A stretch of DNA of 64,000 nt, taken from positions 93,581-157,580 of the IMG/VR virus record IMGVR_UViG_3300011113_000123. One strand, written 5' to 3'. Source of the stretch: a virus. This document shows positions 45,615 to 56,126 of this stretch, in pieces. How positions within the stretch are numbered: position 1 is the first letter of the stretch; every line of letters starts with the position of its first letter. A program made the position numbers and the translations under genes. Under the pieces are notes generated by a model. The model saw only the letters and a program-made list of their open reading frames with translations. It made no database searches and was not told the DNA's origin.

Positions 45615-47313
45615 ATTGATAGTGCGGCGTTACTCTTTGAATGTAGCTTTGTACGAACGGATCAACTACGAACATTGGGAAGTTCTGTCCCGCAATGTTA
45701 TCGCCTTCAGTGTTCGACGCAGACTCAGATGCTTGCGATGAGTTGTTGTTGACAACTACTGGTGCGCCGCCGCCTGCTGCTGGTGGAGCAGGAGTTTCAG
45801 GAGGAGCTGGTGGTGTTGTTGCAGCAGGTGCCGCTGCTGGTGTTCCAGCGGGCGCGCCCTGCGATTCTGTTCCTTGTACAGTTTGTGCGCCGCCAGTAGA
45901 CATTTGAGTTTTAGGAGCACTTCCTTTCGACATAACGAAATTGCGCGCTTCTGACTCTTGGCCGGACGCAGCAATTTCAGCAGCTTTCTTTTTATCTGAT
46001 GGAGACAGAGCAGCATATGCAGCAGCAACTTCAGGATGATTCAGCATCCAGTGTTGGGCTGTAGTCGTATTAAGCGGTTCTCCTCCTGTAGAAGTTCGTG
46101 CTGGTGCTCCTGCTGGAGCAGGAGCTGGCGCAGCTCCACCACCAGCAGCTGGAGAAGCTGGAGCTGGAGCACCAGTAGGAGCAGTTTCAGGAGCGGGAGC
46201 TGCTGGAGCAGGAGTCGGGCTTCCTACTCTTTCTCCCGCTGGCACTACGTTTAGACCCGCGCCACCTTCACCTGCTCCAGTAGAAGCGGACGATGCAGCA
46301 TCAGGAGTTGCTCTTGCTGATTCTGTTGCTTTATCAATAGTTGGTGCTGCTGGAGCAGCAGGAGTTGTAGGCGTTCCTGTCGATGGTCTTACTTCTTCTC
46401 CAGTTTTGAAATTGAAAGTTTTACCTTTATCTGGATGACCATCTTTGATGATTGTTATCAGATCAGGGCTTCCTGGTACAGTCTTTATTTCGTTTCCAGC
46501 AGGTCGTAGTCCTTTACTCTGAAGAAATTCACCAAGGCTTTGATTACGAGATGCTCTAGTTTCACCTACGCGATTTCTAGCAGCTTCCGACGCATCCTTT
46601 TGTGTTTTCTGCAGCTCCTTATATTCGTCGGTTGCTTCACGCTCTCTGATCTTTTCTTTGATACCAAACTTTTTTTCTAACCAATCACCAATAGCAGCAG
46701 AAGCAAATACTGCTGCTGCGAATGCTCCAGATGCGCCTAGGATTCCTGCGACGATTGGATTAGTGATAGCCATTCCTAATCCACGTGCGAGCGTAGTTGC
46801 TGTGTTAGTAGCACCTTTTGCAAGCGTCTTAATTCCAAGAAGACCAGCAAGAGCATCTATGAAATCAAAACGACTGTCGTTATCTTTTTTAGGATCGTCT
46901 GGTTTTGGTGGTTGTCCTGGTAGCGGAGGAAACTTATCTTCAAGAGATAGTTTTCCAGCAGAACCAGTCGTACCCATAGCAGTAACGTTTCGTACGAAGT
47001 CTAAACGCGAAGCTGTAAGATCGCTGCTAAGAGTTTTGAAACGAACACTGATATCGCGATTCAAATTCTTGAACGATTTAATCAAAGCAACAAATGATCT
47101 AACTATATTCTGCGACGTTTCTTGAAGACGTCCAATCTCGCTCGTGAATACTTTCAGCGTTTCGATAACAGACGACACCATTGAATCCGAAAGCATCGTT
47201 GACGATATTTTCTGAACATTATCGTTTGCCGAGCGTTCTTGTGTTCCGAAGAATGCGCTGACACCAGGAAGATTCATTTTCTTTCCTGGTGATACTAGAT
47301 TAGAAATAGCCAT
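45613..47313 (-). CDS. Virion/tail-associated protein, Pro/Ala-rich (tape-measure/hub-like)
   Basis: Position after gp26/gp51; helical N-terminus; APVVVNNNS C-terminal motif. Confidence 0.55.
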   Translation of the reverse strand: MAISNLVSPGKKMNLPGVSAFFGTQERSANDNVQKISSTMLSDSMVSSVIETLKVFTSEIGRLQETSQNIVRSFVALIKSFKNLNRDISVRFKTLSSDLTASRLDFVRNVTAMGTTGSAGKLSLEDKFPPLPGQPPKPDDPKKDNDSRFDFIDALAGLLGIKTLAKGATNTATTLARGLGMAITNPIVAGILGASGAFAAAVFASAAIGDWLEKKFGIKEKIREREATDEYKELQKTQKDASEAARNRVGETRASRNQSLGEFLQSKGLRPAGNEIKTVPGSPDLITIIKDGHPDKGKTFNFKTGEEVRPSTGTPTTPAAPAAPTIDKATESARATPDAASSASTGAGEGGAGLNVVPAGERVGSPTPAPAAPAPETAPTGAPAPASPAAGGGAAPAPAPAGAPARTSTGGEPLNTTTAQHWMLNHPEVAAAYAALSPSDKKKAAEIAASGQESEARNFVMSKGSAPKTQMSTGGAQTVQGTESQGAPAGTPAAAPAATTPPAPPETPAPPAAGGGAPVVVNNNSSQASESASNTEGDNIAGQNFPMFVVDPFVQSYIQRVTPHYQ

Positions 47314-50069
47314 TAGAATAACCTCATAGCTCTACCCATAGCGAAACCTGCAGCTGCTGTAGCTACAACGTCGAATGGATTGAACTGTCCAGTGTTAGGT
47401 CTTTGTGTGTTCTGTAATGAGCTTCCACGATGCACTGTTTTCGTATGCATCATGGTTCTATTGTTATTCATTACGACGAGCTGTGGTCCCTGTGGTCTTG
47501 AGTTTTCTGCCATAGCTTGACGAGCAGACCCTTCTGCCATAGTTTTTCCTTGTGCTACCGCGGTTGGAGCCGATGGTGCTCCCGCAGGTGCGCCTGGAGA
47601 TGATGGTGCTTGATAGTTACTGCCGCCCATCTTTTCTACGTGCGGAGGATCGAACGATGCGTGTGGTCTGTGTAATCCATACTTACGTAGAAACGGATCG
47701 AGCGCAGGACCAGGCGAAACGTCAACAGCTTGTCCGCGACCATGCGATGATCCGCGACCAGATCCTTGCACAGTATGCTGTTTTCCTTTGTACGTAATCG
47801 TTACAGTTTGCGCTGGTCGTGCTGGACTGTATATGCCTGGTTCACGATATACGTTTGCTCTTACCCATAACTGCGCTTGATAATCGTCTCCACGATATGC
47901 GGAGTTAACACGAACAGGCTGACCATATTCTTTAACAGCAGCATACAGTCTCTTCAGTAGATCAGGATCAACTTTCGACAGGTCTGCCGCAGATCCTACC
48001 TGAAGATTAGATGGGCGTTCACCAGTAGGAGCAGCCGCTCCCGCATTTGGTGTTCCTGGAGACGGAGCCATTGCTCGTTCTGGTACGCCAGGAGGAGGAG
48101 CACCAGTAGCCGCAGGTGGCGTAGGGCCAGCAGCCGCAGGAGCAGATGGAGCAGCACCAGGTGCAGCAGGAGCAGTAGTCTCAGCTGTTATTTCTCCTGG
48201 TCTGATTCCTTGTTGTTGAGCATACTGGGAACCAAGTCGTGTAATGTTAGCAACGCCGCCGCGATCTCTAACTGCATACCATGGTCCACGTTCCAGACCA
48301 GCAGGTCCTCTTCGCTTCATTAACTCAAGCGAGAAATCAACCTGCTGTTTCCAGTTCGCAGCAGAAGGCGGTTGCTTATAACGCTGCATGAATTCAGCAG
48401 CCATGCCACCTGGTGCAATCTTAGTTGGATCAGGAGAGCCTGAATAAAGCTGATAAGGACCGAAAGAATAACCCCTCGCGTCTCTGTTACCAAACGTAGC
48501 AGCTCCGATCGTATTAGGATTCAATCCTTCGTACGCAGCAATACCAAGAGCCATGTTTGGATTAACACCCATCGCTTGCGCTTTGGATACGATGTACTGC
48601 GCGACTTCCTTAACAGATGGATTGCCGCCTGGGCTTGGCGCGCCAGGAGTTCCTGGTGATGGAGCCATCGCGCGAGCGGGAACACCAGCCGGCGGAGGAG
48701 CTGGAGCTGCTGGAGCCATAGCACCTGGAGCACCTGGAGCCGCACCAGCCTGAGGAGCGGGAGCAGCGGGAGCGCCAGGAAGCGGAGCTACGCCACTGCG
48801 ATCAACAGCTACAGATCCACCTTCAGCTGAAGCCATAGAAAAGTGCATAGCGTCTTTCGACGAACGCCAGTTTCCGCCCCAACCCAATCCATACTTAGCA
48901 GCCATCTGCGCAACGTTAGATGGCATATCTGTTACTAGACCCTTAGGAGGGAATGTATGTGGATTAGTGCTAGGATTAATATCAATCGCTACGCCAAGCG
49001 AGTGAAAGCTCTTCTGACCCGTGCCAGCGATATTACGATTAGCATATCCACCGATGCTCTTAATCGTGTATCCACTATTTTCTAGTTCGTCTACGAATCC
49101 CTTGAAGTTGTTAGCATACTGCTCAGCAACAACGAATTTCTTTTTGCTGATAGGAGTCGTCAGCTCAACCATTCCTGGAACAGATGAACGCTGTGCACCT
49201 GGAGATGGCTCTGTTCCTGTAGGACCTGGAGCTGGCGGTGGTGCTGCAGAAGGAGCTGTTCCTCCACCGCCAGTGACTGCACGATACGCTGCACCAGCAG
49301 CTAATCCACCTATCGCACCAAGAGCAGCCATTTTCTTTATGCTGCTTCTGTTGCGATCTTCACGAGCTTGAAGTATACGCTCGCGTCTTTCCATAACAGC
49401 AGCGCGATCAGTTTCTCTTAGCTTAGGACGACGACCCGCTGCGCGTGATGCTCCTACTGCACGAGCAGCAGATCCGCGCTTAGGCTTCGATACAGCTCCT
49501 CCCGCGCGTGTGGGAGCGCGCGCACCCGTCAGGGCTTCAATGACTTTATCTTGGAGTTCTTCGTTTTGCTTTACTAGCTGCTCGACAATCTGATGATGCT
49601 TGTCAATCAAATTCTTCATAGTCAGTTCAATTTGACCAAACATCTCTGGCATTTTTTGCAGAACTTTATCATGCGATCTTGCGATTGCACTTGTGCCGGA
49701 AATGATCTTACGGAGTTCGCTATTAACTGCGCTCATTCTAGCTGGTGATGCCGTAGCTTTAGGAACAGCATCACGTACACGATCAGCCATTTGATCTTTG
49801 CTACGCAGCATCGCAGCGATAGCAGGCGGAGCAGGAGCACCATCTTTATCTACAATGGTATCACCTGGACCGTAGTAGAACTTCTGCTTTCCCAGCGCAC
49901 CAGCAACCTTGGAAAGACCTTTACGCTTTTTCTTCTGCTCTTTGACGACTGGAGGGTCAGCAGGAGTTGGCGGCTGCTGAGCGATGGCTGCAGCAGCTTG
50001 TTGTTTCGCCTTATCACTTCCCTTTTCTAAAATGGCGCGAAGAATCTCTTCGTCATTTCTGTCAGCCAT
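47313..50069 (-). CDS. Tape-measure/hub-like protein with two M15 peptidase domains and a lysozyme-like domain
   Basis: SFHSLGVAIDIN...WGGNW..DAMHF; YEG...SFGPYQL; NSAYR...SSHGRGQAVDV...DPPHVE. Confidence 0.7.
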   Translation of the reverse strand: MADRNDEEILRAILEKGSDKAKQQAAAAIAQQPPTPADPPVVKEQKKKRKGLSKVAGALGKQKFYYGPGDTIVDKDGAPAPPAIAAMLRSKDQMADRVRDAVPKATASPARMSAVNSELRKIISGTSAIARSHDKVLQKMPEMFGQIELTMKNLIDKHHQIVEQLVKQNEELQDKVIEALTGARAPTRAGGAVSKPKRGSAARAVGASRAAGRRPKLRETDRAAVMERRERILQAREDRNRSSIKKMAALGAIGGLAAGAAYRAVTGGGGTAPSAAPPPAPGPTGTEPSPGAQRSSVPGMVELTTPISKKKFVVAEQYANNFKGFVDELENSGYTIKSIGGYANRNIAGTGQKSFHSLGVAIDINPSTNPHTFPPKGLVTDMPSNVAQMAAKYGLGWGGNWRSSKDAMHFSMASAEGGSVAVDRSGVAPLPGAPAAPAPQAGAAPGAPGAMAPAAPAPPPAGVPARAMAPSPGTPGAPSPGGNPSVKEVAQYIVSKAQAMGVNPNMALGIAAYEGLNPNTIGAATFGNRDARGYSFGPYQLYSGSPDPTKIAPGGMAAEFMQRYKQPPSAANWKQQVDFSLELMKRRGPAGLERGPWYAVRDRGGVANITRLGSQYAQQQGIRPGEITAETTAPAAPGAAPSAPAAAGPTPPAATGAPPPGVPERAMAPSPGTPNAGAAAPTGERPSNLQVGSAADLSKVDPDLLKRLYAAVKEYGQPVRVNSAYRGDDYQAQLWVRANVYREPGIYSPARPAQTVTITYKGKQHTVQGSGRGSSHGRGQAVDVSPGPALDPFLRKYGLHRPHASFDPPHVEKMGGSNYQAPSSPGAPAGAPSAPTAVAQGKTMAEGSARQAMAENSRPQGPQLVVMNNNRTMMHTKTVHRGSSLQNTQRPNTGQFNPFDVVATAAAGFAMGRAMRLF

Positions 50070-50072
50070 CTA

Positions 50073-50249
50073 TTACCTTTTTTCTTGTTCGGCTCTAAGT
50101 TTCTCAAGATAATCCATAAGCATCTTGACGTAGATATCCCTCTCCCACGGAATCATTCCATCTATGTCACTCAGCGAGTATTTGTGGTGCTGCATTAACG
50201 AAAAGTTGGTTTGGTAATAATTCGCAAGCGTATTATGAGAGAGGACCAT
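50073..50249 (-). CDS. Baseplate hub assembly protein (gp51-like, 58 aa)
   Basis: NYYQTNFSLMQHHKYSLSDIDGMIPWERDIY; below the ORF-track cutoff. Confidence 0.8.
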   Translation of the reverse strand: MVLSHNTLANYYQTNFSLMQHHKYSLSDIDGMIPWERDIYVKMLMDYLEKLRAEQEKR

Positions 50250-50956
50250 TAAAAAAAATCAGCCATTCCCTCCAGCGTCACCGTATCTTCCTGACCACAC
50301 CCTCTGCACTTGTAGCTGAACGTATGGCGCAGTTTTGGCATAGTCTCGATGAACTCCATGATCTTACTGAACTGAGTATTGTTCAGCGACTCAATGAACT
50401 CTAGCGAATCATCCAGATTGTCTGGCTCGTATATGTTTTCTTCGTCATACACACATACGATACACTTAGCGAGCATCTCGATTTCGTTAGCTCCTTCGGT
50501 CACCATCTTAACGTCGGTGAGCGTAGGATAACGCATTTCAAGACCGAGCTTATCGTCGAGCTGGATCTTATTAGTATGTCCAGGTTTCTTTTCGACTTTC
50601 ACCTGTTCCAGATTGATTTCTACAGGAGTAACCGCTTCACACTCGATTCCTTGATAGTTTTTGCCACCAATGTGTCGATATTCGAGCTTTACGATTTCTC
50701 CCACAGACTTTGCTCTGATATTAAGGAACACATATTCCAGATCAAAGTACGGCAGATCATCTACTTTTACATCGTCGATAATACACGACGCGATAACGTT
50801 CTTGACTGCATCAATCATATCCAACGGATCTTCTGATTGTGTAGCCATGAGCAATGCTTTTTCTTCTTTCACCAGGAACGGTCTGTATTGAATTCTTTTC
50901 CCAGTTGATGGCAGATTCAAAGAGAATTGCGGAGTAGCAAGTTTAGGTAAAGCCAT
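50249..50956 (-). CDS. Baseplate hub subunit (gp26-like)
   Basis: MALPKL..P..LPSTG..YRPFLVKEEK, IRAKSVGE, MPKL, LEGMADFF. Confidence 0.88.
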   Translation of the reverse strand: MALPKLATPQFSLNLPSTGKRIQYRPFLVKEEKALLMATQSEDPLDMIDAVKNVIASCIIDDVKVDDLPYFDLEYVFLNIRAKSVGEIVKLEYRHIGGKNYQGIECEAVTPVEINLEQVKVEKKPGHTNKIQLDDKLGLEMRYPTLTDVKMVTEGANEIEMLAKCIVCVYDEENIYEPDNLDDSLEFIESLNNTQFSKIMEFIETMPKLRHTFSYKCRGCGQEDTVTLEGMADFF

Positions 50957-50977
50957 TATGTGATCACCTCATATGTG

Positions 50978-51694
50978 TTATAGAGCACCAGCACCTGGAT
51001 TATTCTTAAGGAACTGATTATAATCCTGAACGTTTTTGTTGTTATTGAAATCAGCTTGTGATCCAAAGTTCTTATTGAATTCTGTAGCATAACGATAGCG
51101 GATTTCTACTTGTAGCTTGGCGTATCCTTCGTCAGTCCAAGCCATTTGAATATCGTTGACTGTAATCGGAAAAGCTTCGTGAAGTGTTACCGTAGTCTGT
51201 AGCTCGTACTCGGCTCCAGAAGTATTACCACTCGCGTCTCCTAGTGGATAAGAATACTGTAGAATCTGAATACGACCAATACCTTCTTCATAGTATCGTG
51301 TATCAAAGAATCCGGCGAATCCTGTTCCGTCGCTAGTACGATAGTGACCTATAAAGAAATCCTGCCATTTCATGAACGCTTCGCGCTCGCGCATGTCTTT
51401 CGACAGGATAATGGTCATAGATACTGGCTGCACGTTGAAACGATACGGAAGCGCGCGAACAGGACCATTATAGTTTTGATCCAACGTAACGAGCGTTCTA
51501 CCAGGTAGATTCACAGATTCAATACGAAAGCGCATTCCTCTTTCAACACCCGAACGACCTAGTGCGTTTGGTCGTATCTTTCCGCTTTTACTATAAGTAC
51601 CAGGACCACCGACGATAAATCCCTCGAAGTGAGATGTATGTGCGATGCTGCTCTTGCTGATAGCCGAATTAAATTCTGCGATATTAAATGGCAT
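50978..51694 (-). CDS. Tail-tube-fold protein (gp19/gp54-like)
   Basis: VNLPGR, F..WQD, LHEAFPI, synteny. Confidence 0.65.
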   Translation of the reverse strand: MPFNIAEFNSAISKSSIAHTSHFEGFIVGGPGTYSKSGKIRPNALGRSGVERGMRFRIESVNLPGRTLVTLDQNYNGPVRALPYRFNVQPVSMTIILSKDMREREAFMKWQDFFIGHYRTSDGTGFAGFFDTRYYEEGIGRIQILQYSYPLGDASGNTSGAEYELQTTVTLHEAFPITVNDIQMAWTDEGYAKLQVEIRYRYATEFNKNFGSQADFNNNKNVQDYNQFLKNNPGAGAL

Positions 51695-52308
51695 TATTGA
51701 ATCCTGTTACGACTGTCGCGATAGATACGCGATTTATTAGCGCCTACGAATCTATCAAGAGGCAAGAACAAAGCCATTTCCCATTCTTTGGGTTCGATAA
51801 AGAAAAACTTAGATTTCACATTAGGAATAAGATATCGCTTGATACACGGTCTGAAGAAACGATACTTCGTCGCTTGTGCGAGTATGTTATAGGATATGCG
51901 CAGTCGCGTTGTTTCGTCGAGCTCTTGAGAAGATGCTGTAGCGTATAGAGCATCCATAAGTCTAGCGCGCAGTTGCAACGGAAGATAATGCAAATTAATT
52001 CCTAGGAACGAACCACGATTGGCTGCGAGCCCTGACGTGCGCGTCGATCCAATAGGAATTACGAGCGGGAATCTATCGTAGTATGGCAGCTTATCTTTAT
52101 GCTTAGGGTCATACTGGAAAAGATACATACGCCCTACCAACGGACGATTAGTCCAGCGCGATGGATCACTACGAATCAATCGAGTAGGAGGAACTGTTAC
52201 GTTGCGAGCTTGATTGCGGAACCAGTTGCGTGAGTCGCGCTTGATTGATGGGGTTACACCAGCGCGCATACCCTGCTGAAGCATTCTATCGAAGACGTAG
52301 CTTACCAT
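51694..52308 (-). CDS. DNA end protector (gp2)
   Basis: YDPKHKDKLPYYDRFPL, GINLHYL, IKRYL, EWEMALFLP. Confidence 0.9.
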   Translation of the reverse strand: MVSYVFDRMLQQGMRAGVTPSIKRDSRNWFRNQARNVTVPPTRLIRSDPSRWTNRPLVGRMYLFQYDPKHKDKLPYYDRFPLVIPIGSTRTSGLAANRGSFLGINLHYLPLQLRARLMDALYATASSQELDETTRLRISYNILAQATKYRFFRPCIKRYLIPNVKSKFFFIEPKEWEMALFLPLDRFVGANKSRIYRDSRNRIQ

Positions 52309-52751
52309 TAGATCCCTAATTCCTTTTCCGTCAACACGACGAATTGCCAGTTACGATCAGCGCAATATTCTTTTGCTGCGTGCCACTTTGCACTATTTAT
52401 TCCAAAAGTCGCGACTTCTTTCAGATACTTCTTAGTATGTTGACCCTTCGCGCGCGGAGCTGGCGGAACGGCTTGCGCTCGTGGCTTTATCTCGATCATC
52501 TTCGTGACGACCTTACCATCCTTGTCGCGCATCTTAACAACGAAGTCGGGAAAGTATCTATGCCACTTACCATCCAACGGTGACTTGTATGGAATGAATA
52601 ATTCTTCTGAAGCCCACTGAATGATGTTTGGATTGGAGTCGAGATAACCCATGAAGCGTAGCTCCCACGAACTTCGATATACGATATTCGTGAAATCACC
52701 CTTATACTTCTGTGGATTGCGTGGTTGAAACTTGCCTCTGTATGCTGCCAT
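52308..52751 (-). CDS. Head completion nuclease (gp4)
   Basis: KYKGD..IVYRSSWE, WASEE, HRYFPDF, EIKP, NSAKW. Confidence 0.92.
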   Translation of the reverse strand: MAAYRGKFQPRNPQKYKGDFTNIVYRSSWELRFMGYLDSNPNIIQWASEELFIPYKSPLDGKWHRYFPDFVVKMRDKDGKVVTKMIEIKPRAQAVPPAPRAKGQHTKKYLKEVATFGINSAKWHAAKEYCADRNWQFVVLTEKELGI

Positions 52752-52768
52752 ATGGCTATGTATTTCAA

Positions 52769-52776
52769 TATAAATA
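52769..52776 (+). promoter_or_regulatory. T4-type late promoter
   Basis: TATAAATA upstream of the baseplate operon. Confidence 0.8.
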
Positions 52777-52800
52777 AGCTATAAGACGAAAGGATTACGA

Positions 52801-53937
52801 ATGCCCATATTAGGTCTAGCCACTCGCGCGGCCGCTTTCGCAGGATCGAGACTCCTAAGAAATAATAGAGTTGCAGCTACAGCTAGAACTGCAGCCGTTC
52901 TAGGCGCTGCTGCGGGGGTCGGATACGTCGTTTCTAATTTCAATGCAAGTAATCTAGGAACACCAAAACGCCCTGATCCTTATAGGGGCTCGTCTATGTG
53001 GTTCCCTATGGAGCTAGAAGAAATTGATCACTGGATCGAATTTACCGCTGTAGAAACACCTGCAGCAGGCTTGGCAGCCCTAGGAAATTTCTTAGGGAAT
53101 GATCTCGTAAGTAGAGGTTTACCTAAGCCTACTTTAGGAGGAACGATTCGTCTTCCTATGCCATCAAACCTTTCTACTGATTATAATCCTGATTATTCGC
53201 CAGCAGATTTAGGTCCTGTAGCAGGCATGGCTCTTAAGCCAGCAGAACAGGGAATGTATGGATTGAATTCTATGGGAGGAGCTTCTGCTCTAGGTCAAAA
53301 CTTAGCTGGTCTTGTTGGTGGCACTGGTCTTCTTGGTGGTACTGCTGGAGCAGTGACAGAATTCTTAGCAGGCTCTGGAGCAGCTGCTGGTGTTGCTGGC
53401 GCGCAAAGAGTAGCAGGTAACGAATTATTTGGTGCAGCACTAAAGGTCGCTGGCGGTGTAGCTGTTAATCCACATAAGATTGTGCTGTTTACTGGCGTCA
53501 ACTTCCGTGAACATCAGTTCTCATGGAAGCTATCCCCTAAGAATCGCGAAGAGTCTAATCGTATTAAGTCGATCGTAGATTCGTTCGTTTACTATTCACA
53601 TCCTCAGTACATAGCTGGCGGATTGTTCTTTAAATATCCCGAATTTTTTAATATCAAGTTCCGTCATCCAGATTATTTGTTCGAGATGCTTCCGTCGGTA
53701 TGTAAAGACGTTCGCGTGAACTTTCATGGTCAGGGATATCCAGGATATATTCGCGACTCCGACGGTAGAGGACCGCCAGCTCCAATAGAAGTTGAAATAT
53801 CACTTACGTTCCAGGAAATCGAAATCGTAACGAAAGATAATTTGAATATCAACGGTGGATTAAATACTAGCGGAACGTTTAGAACGACGCCAGGAGGTGA
53901 AGCTCCTGGTGGCGGACCAACAGGAGTTGGAGGATAA
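52801..53937 (+). CDS. Baseplate tail-tube cap (gp48-like)
   Basis: IRLPMP, NPH..LFTGVNFR..FSWKLSPKN..ES, LTFQEIE. Confidence 0.85.
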   Translation: MPILGLATRAAAFAGSRLLRNNRVAATARTAAVLGAAAGVGYVVSNFNASNLGTPKRPDPYRGSSMWFPMELEEIDHWIEFTAVETPAAGLAALGNFLGNDLVSRGLPKPTLGGTIRLPMPSNLSTDYNPDYSPADLGPVAGMALKPAEQGMYGLNSMGGASALGQNLAGLVGGTGLLGGTAGAVTEFLAGSGAAAGVAGAQRVAGNELFGAALKVAGGVAVNPHKIVLFTGVNFREHQFSWKLSPKNREESNRIKSIVDSFVYYSHPQYIAGGLFFKYPEFFNIKFRHPDYLFEMLPSVCKDVRVNFHGQGYPGYIRDSDGRGPPAPIEVEISLTFQEIEIVTKDNLNINGGLNTSGTFRTTPGGEAPGGGPTGVGG

Positions 53938-53939
53938 TC

Positions 53940-54530
53940 ATGGCCCTACTCTTTAGACCATATCCTACGATTGGTTATAGAATTCCTGGCGCAACTCGTT
54001 CTATTCCTGTTACTGATATCACTCGTCGCTTCACGCTTTCTAGTTTCTTACAGAACGCACAAGTTAACTTCGACGAGTATTATATTCAGGACGGCGAAAC
54101 ACCACAGGGCGTAGCATACGATTACTATGGTGACGTCACGCTCGACTGGGTCGTTTTGTTTTCTAACGAGATCCAAGATCCATATTATGAATGGCCTATG
54201 TCAAGCGAGAACTTTGATTCATATATCAAACAGAAATATGGTATGCAGTACGCATATCAAACGATACATCATTATGAATGGATCACACAACAGTCGCAGG
54301 TAATAGTTGAAAACGGCATTCAGAGAATCCTGCCAGAAAAGAAACTGATCGTAGACTACACTACATACCTAACTCTCACTGCGCCAGAGCGTAGAGCTGT
54401 AAGTATCTACGATCATGAAGCAGAGCTTAACGATGAGCGTAAAACAATCTATCTAATCGATCTCCATTATACCCAAATCTTTAAAGACCAGCATCCGTTT
54501 ATTTTCACTGAAGGTGCATTCGTTAGATGA
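53940..54530 (+). CDS. Baseplate wedge subunit (gp53)
   Basis: IQDGETP..VAYDYYG...WVVL..N.I.DPYYEWP, IHHYE. Confidence 0.88.
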   Translation: MALLFRPYPTIGYRIPGATRSIPVTDITRRFTLSSFLQNAQVNFDEYYIQDGETPQGVAYDYYGDVTLDWVVLFSNEIQDPYYEWPMSSENFDSYIKQKYGMQYAYQTIHHYEWITQQSQVIVENGIQRILPEKKLIVDYTTYLTLTAPERRAVSIYDHEAELNDERKTIYLIDLHYTQIFKDQHPFIFTEGAFVR

Positions 54531-55735
54531 CAACAGACGTAGGCGGTGGTAATTTTACTCAGTGTTCTGTTGGCGGAACAGATGTTCGAAATCTAGTGAT
54601 TATGCTAGAGTATTTCGAGAACATCTATTCACCAACAGCAAGCGCGACTCTATCTGTGAGTGACGCAGCTGGATTCTATGAGAGTCTAAAGAAAGACGGC
54701 GGCGAGGACGTAGAGTTCTCGTTTGGCGGTCGTGAAGGTCAAGCTATTCGCATGAAAATGAAAACTGCGAAGATTGGCGATCGCACACGCTCGAAAGAAA
54801 ATCAAGACTTATATAAAATCAACTGCGTGCCGTCAGAGTTCCTGGATAATAATAAGAAGGAAGTCGTTAAGGCTTATAAGGACAAGAAAGTGTCCGATAT
54901 GGTCGGCGATTGGCATAAAGACTACACTGAGGGATCTACGTCTCTCAAGAAAGATCTTGTGACTAACGAAGGAACTGAGGGTAACGCATCCTACGTAGGA
55001 TCAGGGCGTTCACCTATCACTGCTATTCGTTGGGGATCAAAAGAAGGTAAGTCAAGCGAAGCGAAAGCATCGAACTATGTTTATTATCAAGATCGCGATG
55101 GATATCACTTCAAGACAATCGCAAAGATGCTAGAAGGATCATCAGTCGCGACTCTATCATACTCCTCACAGAACATTGGCGCTGCTGGTGGTAATCCTAA
55201 CGAAAAGATCATCGCGTTCGATCAGGAAACTGATACGAATCAACTAGACTCGTCATATAATGGCGCTATCTCGGATCATTATTATTACTACGATCCTACG
55301 ACTGGTAAGATTGCTGGTGGTTCGAAGCGTGAGAAGGAAGGCGAGTCTGCTCGTGGTCAACGATTTAATTTCGTAGCTGCACCTGGCGTAACGAAGAGCA
55401 AGTTCCGCGATTCACGTGATCCCAAGATCGCAGAAAATAAGCGCAGCCTACCAGAGCATGGCGCAGAATCATCAGCTGCAAATCTACTAGATAATCTTGT
55501 GATGAACGTTCGTGTTCCTGGTGACGTTAAATATAAGCCAGGCGTAAAGGTAAAGCTGAATCTACCTGCGAACCAGGAAGCTAATCAGCTCGACAAACGA
55601 TCTGGTGATTTCTTAGTAACTGCTGTTCGACATATTATCTACAAGGATGATAAAGATACGAAGTATGAAGTGTTTCTGCAGTGTAAGAAAGAAGGTGCGA
55701 AACAAGGAGCATCTGGAGCTGGAGGTATTACATAA
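54527..55735 (+). CDS. Baseplate hub protein (gp27-like)
   Basis: YFENIYSP, YYQDRDGYHF, VPGD, SGDFLVTAVRH; position before gp5. Confidence 0.65.
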   Translation: MTTDVGGGNFTQCSVGGTDVRNLVIMLEYFENIYSPTASATLSVSDAAGFYESLKKDGGEDVEFSFGGREGQAIRMKMKTAKIGDRTRSKENQDLYKINCVPSEFLDNNKKEVVKAYKDKKVSDMVGDWHKDYTEGSTSLKKDLVTNEGTEGNASYVGSGRSPITAIRWGSKEGKSSEAKASNYVYYQDRDGYHFKTIAKMLEGSSVATLSYSSQNIGAAGGNPNEKIIAFDQETDTNQLDSSYNGAISDHYYYYDPTTGKIAGGSKREKEGESARGQRFNFVAAPGVTKSKFRDSRDPKIAENKRSLPEHGAESSAANLLDNLVMNVRVPGDVKYKPGVKVKLNLPANQEANQLDKRSGDFLVTAVRHIIYKDDKDTKYEVFLQCKKEGAKQGASGAGGIT

Positions 55736-56124
55736 TGGCTGAACAAGGTACAGTAATGGGGCAAGACGGGCTCAAGTGGTGGGTCGGTATTGTCGAAGAT
55801 CGTGGGACTGGTAGATTCTCTGGTGAAAAGGATAATCTTAAGACTGGTCGTGTCAAGGTACGTATCAAAGGTCGTCATACAGAAGATAAGGGTAAGCTTC
55901 CCACTAAAGATCTGCCATGGTGTTATGTGTTGATGCCTACAACATCCGCGACACTCAGCGGTGTAGGTCATAGCCCGTCGGGATTGGTTGAGGGAAGTAA
56001 AGTCGTAGGATTCTTTATGGATGGGGACGGCGATCAAGTTCCTGTGGTATTTGGTGTTCTTCCGCATATTCAGCAGAAACAAGACGCTGAGCCTAACGCA
56101 CCTGGATCTGGAAGCAAGAAATAA
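55735..56124 (+). CDS. gp5 N-terminal OB-fold domain (stand-alone)
   Basis: WWVGIVEDR...GRVKVRI.G.H...LPW..VLMPTTS...VVGFFMDG...PVVFG. Confidence 0.85.
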   Translation: MAEQGTVMGQDGLKWWVGIVEDRGTGRFSGEKDNLKTGRVKVRIKGRHTEDKGKLPTKDLPWCYVLMPTTSATLSGVGHSPSGLVEGSKVVGFFMDGDGDQVPVVFGVLPHIQQKQDAEPNAPGSGSKK

Positions 56125-56126
56125 TC

